Of a stretch of DNA of 46,959 bases, positions 1 through 8,861 are shown piece by piece. Both the position numbers and the translations under genes were made by a program. The stretch is from an uncultured Candidatus Saccharibacteria bacterium (GTDB lineage Bacteria; Patescibacteriota; Minisyncoccia; Phycocordibacterales; SBAW01): positions 1 to 46,959 of the forward strand of contig CAZRJD010000001.1 in assembly GCA_964600495.1 (NCBI GenBank), given 5' to 3'. The notes under the pieces are model-generated. The model was not told the DNA's origin, did no database searches, and worked only from the letters and a program-made list of their open reading frames with translations. The number at the start of each line of letters is the position of its first letter. The first letter of the stretch is position 1.

Positions 1-263
1 CCGACAAGCTGTACATCAAAATGCCGTTGTTTCAGTGTTCTGCGAGCGCTTTCCCTGACTGCCGCAAACGCTTGGGGCAGAATATCATCAAGCATCTCGC
101 CCGAGGATAAACGGTTTCGGAACGTATGTGTCTTCTGCTTCAACTCCTCGTCCGAAAGAGCTTCAAGCTCCGGCTCAAGCGCGTTCACGCGCGCAATGAG
201 GGGCCCAGAGTCTCTCATGAGCTTTGCCGCCGGATCCCCGAATAAATTTTTGAATGAAACCAT
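1..263 (-). CDS. secA: Preprotein translocase ATPase SecA, N-terminal 87 codons (gene runs off the window start)
   Basis: Reverse translation from the ATG (complement of 261-263) gives [88 protein letters not shown]. This matches the canonical SecA N-terminus pattern (LFGD.., LSDEEL..KT..FR.RL..GE.LDD.LP.AFA.VRE...R.L..RHFDVQL.G). It is absent from the ORF track because it is truncated by the window edge. Confidence 0.85.
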   Translation of the reverse strand, partial: [87 protein letters not shown]

Positions 264-306
264 ACGGAATGTAGCACGAATGCCCCGAAATCCTAGCACA
301 AAACGC

Positions 307-342
307 AAGAAAAATCCCGCATTTCTGCGGGACTTTTCTTTC
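307..342. terminator. Bidirectional intrinsic-terminator-like hairpin between the murB unit and secA
   Basis: Stem TCCCGC (315-320) pairs with GCGGGA (327-332) around a 6-nt loop. It is preceded by AAGAAAAA (307-314), which reads as a T-tract on the minus strand, and followed by CTTTTCTTTC. Confidence 0.55.
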
Positions 343-379
343 GAGAGGATTCCGGCAAAATGCCGGAGATCCGAAGAAC

Positions 380-439
380 CTAACGGCGTTTCTTTTTGCT
401 CGCCTTCTTCTTTTTTGCTGTTTTTCTTTTCTTGGCCAT
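380..439 (-). CDS. Candidate 19-codon poly-basic micro-ORF (MAKKRKTAKKKKASKKKRR); may be non-coding
   Basis: ATG is the complement of 437-439 and TAG the complement of 380-382. The ORF lies between the murB stop and the terminator at 307-342. I see no clear Shine-Dalgarno sequence and recognise no homolog. Confidence 0.2.
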   Translation of the reverse strand: MAKKRKTAKKKKASKKKRR

Positions 440-602
440 ATTGAGTCACGACTCGGAGTCGCAAATTAAGTCTCGCATCGTTCGACCATGCACATCAGCG
501 CGCGGACGCAACATGATGAACACACCTCGATGCCCTACTAATCATTATTAATGATTGAGCGGCGATATACAATCAATAAAAAAATTTCACTGTGGATATC
601 TT

Positions 603-1667
603 TTATGAGCCGGAAATTATTCGTACTTCCGGCTCAATATCAATTCCACACTCATTCTTCATGCGGGACTGCACTATCTCGGCAAGTGACTGTACATCTT
701 TCGATGATGCTTTTTTGTCGGCAACAATAACAAGCGCCTGCCGCTCAAAAAGTCGTGCGCGTCCCTGCCGCATACCCCGTACGTTAAGTATATGATCAAG
801 GATCCATCCGAGCGGTACTTTAGTACCCGCGGTCTCCGGCATCGGAAAAAGAGGCATGTCAGGGTAGCGCGCAAGAAGTATTTTTGCTTCGTCTTGCGAT
901 ACGATCGGATTTTTAAAAAAAGACCCTGCGGTCCCCTCAACCGTGAGGTCCGGAAATTTACCTCTGCGGATCTCAAGAACCACAGCACGAATTGCTTCAA
1001 GAGTCGGGGTTGTGTTCGCAAACCGGTTTGCTAAATCGCGATACAAAATTTCGGGTGCGGGTGTAGAGGAAAGCAAAAACACCGCACGCAAGATGACATG
1101 CTGGCCATCATCGTGCTTGAAGAGACTGTCGCGGTACCCGAGTGCGCATTCTGTTGGTAAAAGAATTTTTACCTCTCCATTCTCCGTATCAAACACTTCT
1201 ACAGAAGAAAGGGTCTGCGAAACCGCAGCACCGTACGCACCTACATTCTGTACAATAGCGCCGCCTACCGTACCGGGAATACCGGAGAGATTTTCGAGAC
1301 CCCACAAATGTTCTTCTACCGCACGTGCTACAAGCACATCCCAGCTCTCCCCCGCCTGTGCAGAAAGTTCAACCTTGTCGCCACGGGGTTTGAGTTCGAT
1401 ACCGCGCATTTCTATCTTTATGACAAGACCGTCAAAACCCTTGTCATCAATAAGCACATTCGAGCCACCGCCTAAAATAAATGTCTTTAGATTCTTTTCT
1501 TTGGCAAAAGCTACCGCCTCACGCAATGCATCAAGCGACTCCACATGAACAAAAAAACGCGCGTTGCCGCCTATACCGAAGGTAGTAAGAGGAGCGAGCA
1601 GTACCTGTTCTTCGATCTTCATTTCAACCAGAGTGTACCCCGTGCGGGAAGCGGATGCGAGCTCCAA
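603..1667 (-). CDS. murB: UDP-N-acetylenolpyruvoylglucosamine reductase MurB (likely true start at 1622, MKIEEQVLL...)
   Basis: The ORF contains LAPLTTFGIGGNARFF, FILGGGSNVL, GLENLSGIPGTVGGAIVQNVGAYG and a C-terminal FFKNP...AGWLID-like segment. These are typical of the FAD-binding and MurB_C domains. Confidence 0.9.
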   Translation of the reverse strand: MELASASRTGYTLVEMKIEEQVLLAPLTTFGIGGNARFFVHVESLDALREAVAFAKEKNLKTFILGGGSNVLIDDKGFDGLVIKIEMRGIELKPRGDKVELSAQAGESWDVLVARAVEEHLWGLENLSGIPGTVGGAIVQNVGAYGAAVSQTLSSVEVFDTENGEVKILLPTECALGYRDSLFKHDDGQHVILRAVFLLSSTPAPEILYRDLANRFANTTPTLEAIRAVVLEIRRGKFPDLTVEGTAGSFFKNPIVSQDEAKILLARYPDMPLFPMPETAGTKVPLGWILDHILNVRGMRQGRARLFERQALVIVADKKASSKDVQSLAEIVQSRMKNECGIDIEPEVRIISGS

Positions 1668-1727
1668 AACATTGTCCTAATGTGAGTGCCCCGCTCCCCG
1701 CACGAAGCGCACCCTACCTAGTATATA

Positions 1728-1757
1728 CGAAAATCCCCGCAGGAAGCGGGAATTTTC
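1728..1757. terminator. Weak bidirectional terminator-like hairpin downstream of the Wzy_C-TPR gene
   Basis: CCCGC (1736-1740) pairs with GCGGG (1746-1750) around a 5-nt loop, flanked by AAAAT upstream and AATTTT downstream. The architecture is nearly the same as the hairpin at 315-332 (AAAATCCCGC..GCGGGA..TTTT). Confidence 0.35.
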
Positions 1758-1817
1758 GCAGGACTTCGTTTTGGTTTTTCAGCCACATTTCCTGTGGCAC
1801 ACACACTTTTTATTATA

Positions 1818-4082
1818 TCACGGTTTTAACGTGCCGCTTTCGATCTGCGCAATAAGCGCCTCGATTTGTCCTGCGGCTGCCGGATTTAGCTGCGCCACTT
1901 TCCGGAGTGTTGCAACTGTCGCCGGCTTGTTTCCTGCGGCAAAATAAGCCGAAGCCAAACCAAGATGCAGGTCAGGATTCTCCGGATCTTTCTTTATCCG
2001 TAGGTTCCATATCTCTATGGCCCGATCATGGAGTTTGAGGCTCCCATAAATTTTCAGCACCTGATCATTGTCAATGATTGTGCTTCCATACCGCTCAACA
2101 AGAAGCGCATCCGCGGTAGCGGTTTGTCCGGCAAAGTACAGCGCCCCCGCGTACATAAGCCGTGCGGTATCAAACTGCGGGGCCAAATCAAACGCCTTCT
2201 TAAAGATAGGCAGGGCTTCCTGTGTATTCCCCTGCCCTAGATACACATCACCAAGTTGGAAGAGGATGCTCTGTTTATTGGGCGAGAGCTGGGCGGCCTT
2301 TTTGAGATGCTCCACCGCTTCATCATATTTGCCGTATTGGGTCAGAAAGACACCCATAAAAGATTCGAGCCTCGCATCATCCTTACGCTCCTCAATGAAT
2401 GCGTCTCCTGTGCTGCGTGTAAGTGTATATATCTCCTGCTTTACCTCGGGGCCGAGTGTAGTTGATCTTCCCGAGTTCGAGGCAAACTGAAAAAGCTGCT
2501 CAACGAGCTCTTGTTTGCCGAGCTGGCCCTGCAGGAGTGCTTTTTTGAATGCGGCGACGTTCTCTTCGGGGGCTTTCGGTGCGCCAGTTTTGAGGTCGGT
2601 CGTGGTTATGGCATCAATGATCGTCTGTGCCCGGGCAAGACCGGCACCGTTCAGCATCCATCCCGCCCCGAGTATCAACACGGCGGCAATCGGAGCAACA
2701 ACAGCAATCGTCCTGTCCCCTGCGGGTTTCGAAAGGAACATCCACGCCGGTAATTGTTGTCGCGAGAGACCATGCACGAATGCAAGCATCAGGAAGAAGA
2801 ATGCGGCACTCATGATGTTGTCGAACACAAAGATACTGTGGAAGCCGTACGCACCGAAGAGGCCTATCAGGACCGCTTGCTCGGGGGGAGAAAGGGCGTC
2901 GGAGCGCATAACCACAAACACCGCAAGCAAAAAGAAGGAGATGTAGAGTACAAACGCGGGGAGTCCCCCTGCGATAAGCCAGTCAAGGAATTGATTGTGT
3001 GCGCGGTCAAACCACTGCTCCTGGTTATACATCTGGGGCGCGTAGTGTTCGTTAAACACAAAACTGAAATTTTCCTGCCCCCACCCTGTGACTGGCCGCT
3101 CAAGGAAACCCTTGTACGCAACATTCCAGATGATAAAACGCGATTGTGTGGTCCCGTCAGAAAGCGAAATGGAGGCAAGGCGCGAAAGAGCGGGGGCATT
3201 ACGTACAAATTGCGTATCTTTAAACGCGATAAACACTGCGACCAAAAGTGCGATGCCGCCGAGCGTTCCGAGTGCAATTTTACGGAATCCCCGCCACTCT
3301 TCCCCCCGTGCCTTCCATGCGGTGTACAGTGCGGCAAGGATAAGACCCCCGAGGACCCCCAAAATTGCGCCTCTGGTTTCGGTGAAGTACAGCGCCGTAC
3401 ATTGCAGAACAAGTGCGAGTCCATAGACAATTTGCATGCCCTTCGATCTACGCTCGCGCACCAAAAGGAACAAAGTCAGGAAAATATTGAAAAGCATGTA
3501 GACTGCCAAGTACGTCGCGTTGCCAAACGTCGTGTCCGCGCGGGCGCCGCTCTGAGTGCTCGGTGAAAATCCAAGCACTTGCATAATCTGCAAAAGAGCA
3601 TACAGCCCCTGTACCGCGGAGATCGCAACTGATGTTTGGAAAAAGCGCTTCCAGAGGTTCCCCACAGTCAACACCGAACCTGCGATGACAAAGAGCACAA
3701 AGAGGTGAATAACCGTTATATATCCCTCCATACGCTCAAAGTTGCTCCAAAAACTTTTTATCGGCTCAACACTTACCATCGTCGCAACTCCCATCCAGAG
3801 AACAAACGCCGCCGCCGCCCACATAAGATAGGAGTTTTTCGGACGATATTGCGGGTCACGCAACGCGAGCAGCACATAAAGAAGCAGAATAAGCTCAACC
3901 AGGATACGGAAGATGAAGTTCTTTCCCGTGATGTAGGGGAAGAACATATTTGGCATGAGCGAGCCGTTTGAGACAATAAACGGGATAAAAAGAATGGCGA
4001 ATAAGCCGCCAATAATACCCCAGCGTAGATATTTTACGTACTCCATAAACGCCAATATAGCATATCTTGCCACTACCATCAT
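1818..4082 (-). CDS. Polytopic O-antigen ligase/polymerase-like (Wzy_C) membrane protein fused to C-terminal TPR repeats
   Basis: The 754-aa ORF has about 10-12 hydrophobic segments and a Wzy_C-like core (YFTETRGAILGVLGGLILAAL; large loop with RFIIWNVAYKGFLERPVTGWGQENF; AHNQFLDWLIAGG). The last ~250 aa are TPR-like (YGKYDEAVEHLKKAAQLSPN, GNTQEALPIFKKAFDLAPQ, AIEIWNLRIKKDPENPD). An alternative start is MEYVKYL at 4046. Confidence 0.8.
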   Translation of the reverse strand: MMVVARYAILAFMEYVKYLRWGIIGGLFAILFIPFIVSNGSLMPNMFFPYITGKNFIFRILVELILLLYVLLALRDPQYRPKNSYLMWAAAAFVLWMGVATMVSVEPIKSFWSNFERMEGYITVIHLFVLFVIAGSVLTVGNLWKRFFQTSVAISAVQGLYALLQIMQVLGFSPSTQSGARADTTFGNATYLAVYMLFNIFLTLFLLVRERRSKGMQIVYGLALVLQCTALYFTETRGAILGVLGGLILAALYTAWKARGEEWRGFRKIALGTLGGIALLVAVFIAFKDTQFVRNAPALSRLASISLSDGTTQSRFIIWNVAYKGFLERPVTGWGQENFSFVFNEHYAPQMYNQEQWFDRAHNQFLDWLIAGGLPAFVLYISFFLLAVFVVMRSDALSPPEQAVLIGLFGAYGFHSIFVFDNIMSAAFFFLMLAFVHGLSRQQLPAWMFLSKPAGDRTIAVVAPIAAVLILGAGWMLNGAGLARAQTIIDAITTTDLKTGAPKAPEENVAAFKKALLQGQLGKQELVEQLFQFASNSGRSTTLGPEVKQEIYTLTRSTGDAFIEERKDDARLESFMGVFLTQYGKYDEAVEHLKKAAQLSPNKQSILFQLGDVYLGQGNTQEALPIFKKAFDLAPQFDTARLMYAGALYFAGQTATADALLVERYGSTIIDNDQVLKIYGSLKLHDRAIEIWNLRIKKDPENPDLHLGLASAYFAAGNKPATVATLRKVAQLNPAAAGQIEALIAQIESGTLKP

Positions 4083-4091
4083 TCTGTACCA

Positions 4092-4100
4092 TGATAGAAT
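4092..4100 (+). promoter_or_regulatory. Extended -10-like element TGATAGAAT upstream of the gtrA-like gene
   Basis: TGaTAGAAT ends 15 nt before the ATG at 4116, in a 33-nt divergent intergenic region. Confidence 0.35.
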
Positions 4101-4115
4101 GACTTTCGTTCAATT

Positions 4116-4751
4116 ATGTCCCGGCGCGACTATTTCATAATCTCCCTGCTAGGAGCCGCCTCGGCCTCGCTCCTCCTCCCCGTGCTGCGCCACGCCGATA
4201 TACTTCCCTTCCCACTCACTCCCCTTACTATTGCTCTCTCTATCGCGGGTCTCATTATATTTGAAAACGCAGGACTTATCGTAGCGCAGTATATTGGGCG
4301 GCGCTTTGCGTTTATGCGGAAATTAGCGCGCTTTTGCGTAACCGGCATATTCAACACCGCGCTTGATACCGGGATACTTAACGCATTCGTATATTTCTTT
4401 CAGATATATGCGGGTCCCACGATCGTTGTATTCAACCTCATATCGTTTTTGATCACGCTCGTGACCTCCTACTTCATTAACCGCACCTGGTCGTTTGAAG
4501 CCGCAGTAAAACCGGGCACGAAGGAATTCTCGCTTTTTATCGGCATCGTCACCTCAAGTATGCTCATCAATTCCGCGCTAATATTTTTCCTGACCACGGT
4601 CCTTGCACCGCCCGCTAGTATCTCGCCCGCGCTCTGGATAAACATCGCGAAGCTCCTAACCGCCATTGTATCGCTCCTATGGAACTTCAGTGGACTTCAT
4701 TTTATAGTGTTCCGAACACGAACAGGCGCCCATGATCCTCAAAAAATTTAA
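4116..4751 (+). CDS. GtrA-family membrane protein (putative polyprenyl-phosphate-sugar translocation)
   Basis: The 211-aa ORF has about 5-6 TM segments. It carries the GtrA-like signature FCVTGIFNTALDTGILNAFVYFF ... SYFINRTWSF. Confidence 0.75.
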   Translation: MSRRDYFIISLLGAASASLLLPVLRHADILPFPLTPLTIALSIAGLIIFENAGLIVAQYIGRRFAFMRKLARFCVTGIFNTALDTGILNAFVYFFQIYAGPTIVVFNLISFLITLVTSYFINRTWSFEAAVKPGTKEFSLFIGIVTSSMLINSALIFFLTTVLAPPASISPALWINIAKLLTAIVSLLWNFSGLHFIVFRTRTGAHDPQKI

Positions 4752-6150
4752 ATTCGAGATAACACTTTTTCTCATCGCCATTGCCGGCTCCGCGGCGGTG
4801 TATTTTGTAACGCTTCATTTCAACCCTACATTCCTTAGCAATACCGATTGGGAATTCCTAAGATTAGCAACAAACCTGTACGAGTATGGCGTTTATGCAG
4901 ATAGCAATGGTCCAAATGCCTTTCACCTATCGAGCGGTTATACGCCCCTGTATCCCCTTCTTATTCTTCCGTTCGTGTATTATCAGACGCTGATATTCGT
5001 CCTTAACTGGATCCTCCATGCCCTTCTTATTGTCTTTACCTATCGTTTGAGTCTGCGCCTGGGTGCGCGCCCTACTATTGCATTTGTTGTCTGCGCTCTA
5101 TTTGCGCTCGAGCCCTATCATCTTGTACTGACCAACGAGATACTCTCCGAAATGTTGTTCGGACTATTACTTCTTTTTACTGCCCACAGCACGCTCACCT
5201 ATTTAGAGCAGAAGCGGTTTGCGAGCCTCGGCCTTGTCGCACTTCTGCTTGGTCTTTCAACACTTACACGGCCATCTGCCGAGTTTCTTATTCCGTTCGT
5301 TCTTGTAGTTCCTTTTTTTGTTCTGGGTTTCAAACGCCCTGCCGCTCTTCACGGGTTCGCGGCTCTTGGCATCTGCATCCTTGTCCTTTCGCCATGGCTC
5401 TTGCGCAATTATCAGGTGTATCATTCCCTCTCGCTTTCCTCGCTTCCAACCCAACAATTATTGAGCGCCGGCATACCCCAGTATCTCGAATGGAAGGAGA
5501 AAGGAGCCGCCGCCACGGAAAGTTCCATATATGAGCGCCGCTACGCCCTTTACCGGGAAGCGGAAAAACATCTGGGGTATCACCCTGAAAATCCTCTGGA
5601 GCTTAATATTGCCGAACGTATCATAGACATTAACGAAGCGCGCGTTATACACGAACACATGATCAGACCTTTTCTCAAAGAGAACGGGTTCTCGATGTTC
5701 GGATTTTATCTGACCCAATTGCCCTTTCAGCTTATGACCGACAATTGGCGCACAGCGCTCGACAATATAACCCGCCTGCCGTACTCGCAGACAACATCCC
5801 TTTCTGCCGCCCTTGCGGCAGTGCGCGGAGATTTTTCGCAGCTCCTTGCCACGTTCAACACAATCGATCCCTATCTTTTCGCATTTCTTGCCGGCAAAAC
5901 ATACTGGCTCATTGCCTACCTTCTTGCCGCAGTAGGCGCTTTTGTATTGTGGAAAAGAGGGGGCAACGCGCGGCTCGCGGGGCTCCTGCTGATCCTTCTT
6001 GCCATTTACTTCCCGCTCGTGTCTCTACCATACCTCGAGTCGCGATACCGCTTCCCCTCGACACCTTTCGTATTTACCCTCGTATCCATTGGAGCAAGTG
6101 TGTTATTCGTATATATAGCGCAAATACTGCGGCGCGCACGCCATCGATGA
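4732..6150 (+). CDS. GT-C fold glycosyltransferase, family 39 / ArnT-PMT-like
   Basis: The 472-aa ORF is a polytopic membrane protein. It has an N-terminal loop motif NTDWEFLRLATNLYEYGVY (the D..F/Y...A.NL..G pattern of PMT_2/ArnT-type enzymes) and a TLTRPS motif. It overlaps gtrA by 20 nt. Confidence 0.7.
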   Translation: MILKKFKFEITLFLIAIAGSAAVYFVTLHFNPTFLSNTDWEFLRLATNLYEYGVYADSNGPNAFHLSSGYTPLYPLLILPFVYYQTLIFVLNWILHALLIVFTYRLSLRLGARPTIAFVVCALFALEPYHLVLTNEILSEMLFGLLLLFTAHSTLTYLEQKRFASLGLVALLLGLSTLTRPSAEFLIPFVLVVPFFVLGFKRPAALHGFAALGICILVLSPWLLRNYQVYHSLSLSSLPTQQLLSAGIPQYLEWKEKGAAATESSIYERRYALYREAEKHLGYHPENPLELNIAERIIDINEARVIHEHMIRPFLKENGFSMFGFYLTQLPFQLMTDNWRTALDNITRLPYSQTTSLSAALAAVRGDFSQLLATFNTIDPYLFAFLAGKTYWLIAYLLAAVGAFVLWKRGGNARLAGLLLILLAIYFPLVSLPYLESRYRFPSTPFVFTLVSIGASVLFVYIAQILRRARHR

Positions 6151-6784
6151 GCCTTAGTTTCTTGCCCTGCGTAACCGACCGCGGCCGGTATGAAATAGGA
6201 ATTTCTACAATGCGATGCCCTAGCAGGGCATGACGCGCAACAAGTTCGGTCTCGATCGAAAATCGCTCGGAGACAAGCGGTAGACTATTAAATGAAGCGC
6301 GGCGAACGACACGAAAACCTGTCGTTACGTCAGTGAGCGAAAGACCGAAGAGGAAATTCATATAAAGAGTAAGCAGCCTCCCTCCCCAAAAAAAGAACGG
6401 GGAGGTCCCCGCGGTGCGGGGGCCGAATAGCAGGCGTGAGCCGTGGACAGCATCCGCATTCGATCGCTCCGCCTCCTTTATAAGTGCCAAGAGGTCCTGC
6501 GGGTCATTCTCAAGATCAGCGTCAAGAAATGCCACCCACTCGCCCTGTGCCATGGCAACCCCGCGCCGCATGGCATATCCCTTGCCGCGATTCTGGGGCA
6601 GTGTCTCGATGACACATCTCCCCCTAAAGGCGGAAAGTATCGCTCCGGTGCCATCAGTCGACCCGTCGTCGACGACGATGACCTCCGTCTCAACCGGCCA
6701 CTCAATTTCAAGCACGCGCTCAATAAGTTGCACGATAGTAGCCTCTTCGTTGAACGCGGGAATGATGATCGAGAAGGAGCGCAT
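6074..6784 (-). CDS. GT2 glycosyltransferase, polyprenyl-phosphate sugar synthase (Dpm1/ArnC/GtrB)-like
   Basis: Contains FSIIIPAFNEEATI, VIVVDDGSTDGT, NRGKGYAMRRG, FLDADLENDPQDL and a C-terminal amphipathic or TM tail. Confidence 0.85.
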   Translation of the reverse strand: MRSFSIIIPAFNEEATIVQLIERVLEIEWPVETEVIVVDDGSTDGTGAILSAFRGRCVIETLPQNRGKGYAMRRGVAMAQGEWVAFLDADLENDPQDLLALIKEAERSNADAVHGSRLLFGPRTAGTSPFFFWGGRLLTLYMNFLFGLSLTDVTTGFRVVRRASFNSLPLVSERFSIETELVARHALLGHRIVEIPISYRPRSVTQGKKLRLIDGVRAAVFALYIRITHLLQWIRG

Positions 6785-6796
6785 AGAATTTCCGGT

Positions 6797-7585
6797 CTAT
6801 TGGTGAAGCCTTTTGCGAATTCGAAGCATTGCTAGGAGAGCACCAACTCCGTCGCGCACGAAATTGAGTTTGCTCTTCCGGCCAGAAAAGGGACATTCAT
6901 CCCAGGTAATCGGAAGTTCAACAATGGAAAGACCTTGCCGGCCTGCTCGTGCGAGAAACTCCATATCGAGAAACCATCCTGTCTCTTCACACGTACGTAC
7001 AATTTCTCTCCCGCGGCGATTCATTATTTTCAATCCGCACTGGCTATCACGCACGGGTGTGTTAATAATCACTCGCCGCATCAAGTTAAAACATTCTGAG
7101 GAGAGCGTGCGCAGGAACGAGCGTTTGACCGCTTGTTTGTTGAGAAGACGCGATCCGACTGCTATATCGCTCTTCCCTTCAAGTAGGGGCCGAAGAAGGT
7201 TTGTAATATTTTCGGGGTCTGCCGAAAGATCGGCATCGATAAAACCGAAGAAATCGGTGTCTTGCCCTATACGGGCGGCATGGAGTATCGCCGCTCCTTT
7301 GCCCTTTGTCGGAGTAGAAAGTACGTCTACCGAGGGGAGACCGGGCACCATGACTTTGTCCCCCGTGCCGTCCGTTGAGGCGTTATCGACGACCGTAAGA
7401 TGACATTCCATGCCCTGCAGCCTTGCAAGCACGCTCCAAACGCGACGCACAGCGATTTCGATGATATCAGCTTCGTTATGCGCCGGAATTATAAGAAGAA
7501 GACTCGGTTTTTCCACGATACCTAGAGAGTAGCCCAGAGATACCCATCCCCGCAAGTAAAAATAGGAGCGGCTCCATTGGGACAC
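6797..7585 (-). CDS. GT2 glycosyltransferase, second Dpm1/GtrB-like paralog (true start probably GTG at 7516)
   Basis: Contains LLLIIPAHNEADII, TVVDNASTDGTG, KGKGAAILHA and FIDADLSADPENI. The ORF-track N-terminus overlaps the upstream gene by 110 nt. A GTG at 7514-7516 is preceded by AGGT. Confidence 0.8.
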   Translation of the reverse strand: MSQWSRSYFYLRGWVSLGYSLGIVEKPSLLLIIPAHNEADIIEIAVRRVWSVLARLQGMECHLTVVDNASTDGTGDKVMVPGLPSVDVLSTPTKGKGAAILHAARIGQDTDFFGFIDADLSADPENITNLLRPLLEGKSDIAVGSRLLNKQAVKRSFLRTLSSECFNLMRRVIINTPVRDSQCGLKIMNRRGREIVRTCEETGWFLDMEFLARAGRQGLSIVELPITWDECPFSGRKSKLNFVRDGVGALLAMLRIRKRLHQ

Positions 7586-8861
7586 GGGAGCGCGCTTCCA
7601 CTCCGAGCCCTATGGTCGTCGCAACTATAGCCGAAAGAGCGACAATGAGAGCGAACATATAGACCAAGGGCTCCCGGCGTTTGTACCATAGGCCTAAAAG
7701 CGCGAGCACGACGATCATCGCGGCAAACCCACGCCCGATAAGAGGAACGAAATACTGCTCTTTGAGCGCCTTAATAATGAGACCTACGCGGCCCTCTTTT
7801 TGCGACAGAAGGGCAAATGTCGTTGAAGAACCTGAAGGCTCTCCCGGCTTTCCCACAAAGCCGAAACTCCGCGCATATTGATAGTACCCGTCATGCGTGA
7901 AATACGAGAACAGAAATGCCGGTTCATACAACAGAACTGCTCGCCATTTCTCTTTAAGCTCTTCGAGTGCCGCATCTTTAAGTGCAGGCGCGGAAGCAGG
8001 GTTGAACGTTTCGCCCCGCATGACCCCTGCCGGCGGATGGTCCAGACGATATAATTTTTCTTGTATAAAAGAGGTTTTGTTCTTGAGAGCGTCGATACTT
8101 GAGAGATAATCGAAATAGACGTTGTACCAGCCCATACCGGAGACCGCATACGTTCCCGTTACCACGTAGTTGCGAGTGGACCATGGAACTGTCACTGAAA
8201 AAAGAACTGCGACGACAATAAGCGTGTACACACAGCACTTGAAACGACCCTTCACTGCAAACCAAAAAACTACTCCGGCAAGCACTGCAAAAGAAATGGG
8301 CAGAAACGGAGGCCGCACTAATACTGCCGCTCCGAGAAGCAAGCCGATACATACCACCTGCAGCCACTCTCTTCCCTTCCAATGCTGTGTCGCGAGCGCG
8401 AGCGCGCCGAGGAAAAAAAGCGTCGCGGGCATATCAGACATCGGGAGCCAGCTGAACCACACGAGATGCGGTTCAAATGCGACAAGTGCGGCGGCAATAA
8501 TTCCTGCCTCTTCGCTCCCGATGTGTTTGCCGATACGATACGTGAAAAAAGGTAGGAGCACTCCCGCAATTATTGAGAGAGCCACTCCCCACCATAGTGC
8601 CGCGTGGGGCAAGAGCATAAATGGAGCAAGTAGAAAAGACGTTCCCGGAGCACGGAAGATTTCAGGCACTAATGCGCCGTCTTTTTCTACAACATATCCA
8701 TTACCTGCAGCAAGATTACGCGCGATTTCGGTATATGTTTGTGCATCGCCGGAAATTAATACTCCTTCTCCCCCCTGCCCAATCGCTAGGCCAAGCAAAA
8801 GCAAGCGGACACATACCGCCCCTGCAATGATAAACAAGACGGAACGAGAGATGACTTTCAT
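7476..8861 (-). CDS. GT-C fold glycosyltransferase, family 39 / ArnT-PMT-like (second copy)
   Basis: The 461-aa polytopic protein carries SGDAQTYTEIARNLAAGNGYVV....FRAPGTSFLLAPF, the typical PMT_2/ArnT periplasmic loop 1 pattern. Its start overlaps the ABC gene stop (TGATG). Confidence 0.7.
   Translation of the reverse strand: MKVISRSVLFIIAGAVCVRLLLLGLAIGQGGEGVLISGDAQTYTEIARNLAAGNGYVVEKDGALVPEIFRAPGTSFLLAPFMLLPHAALWWGVALSIIAGVLLPFFTYRIGKHIGSEEAGIIAAALVAFEPHLVWFSWLPMSDMPATLFFLGALALATQHWKGREWLQVVCIGLLLGAAVLVRPPFLPISFAVLAGVVFWFAVKGRFKCCVYTLIVVAVLFSVTVPWSTRNYVVTGTYAVSGMGWYNVYFDYLSSIDALKNKTSFIQEKLYRLDHPPAGVMRGETFNPASAPALKDAALEELKEKWRAVLLYEPAFLFSYFTHDGYYQYARSFGFVGKPGEPSGSSTTFALLSQKEGRVGLIIKALKEQYFVPLIGRGFAAMIVVLALLGLWYKRREPLVYMFALIVALSAIVATTIGLGVEARSRVPMEPLLFLLAGMGISGLLSRYRGKTESSSYNSGA

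Noticed and set aside
196-444. 82-aa + strand ORF spanning the secA start region and the micro-ORF
   Set aside because: It is antisense to the well-supported secA N-terminus and reads straight through the hairpin terminator. It has no motif or translation signal.
2754-3566. 270-aa + strand ORF; similar long antisense ORFs lie at 8170-8991, 23061-23732, 39062-39811 and 16801-17325
   Set aside because: All lie antisense to genes with strong family motifs (Wzy_C, GT-C, rmlC, P-loop ATPase, KdsC-like). All lack motifs, SD sequences or promoter-like elements. I treat them as shadow ORFs.
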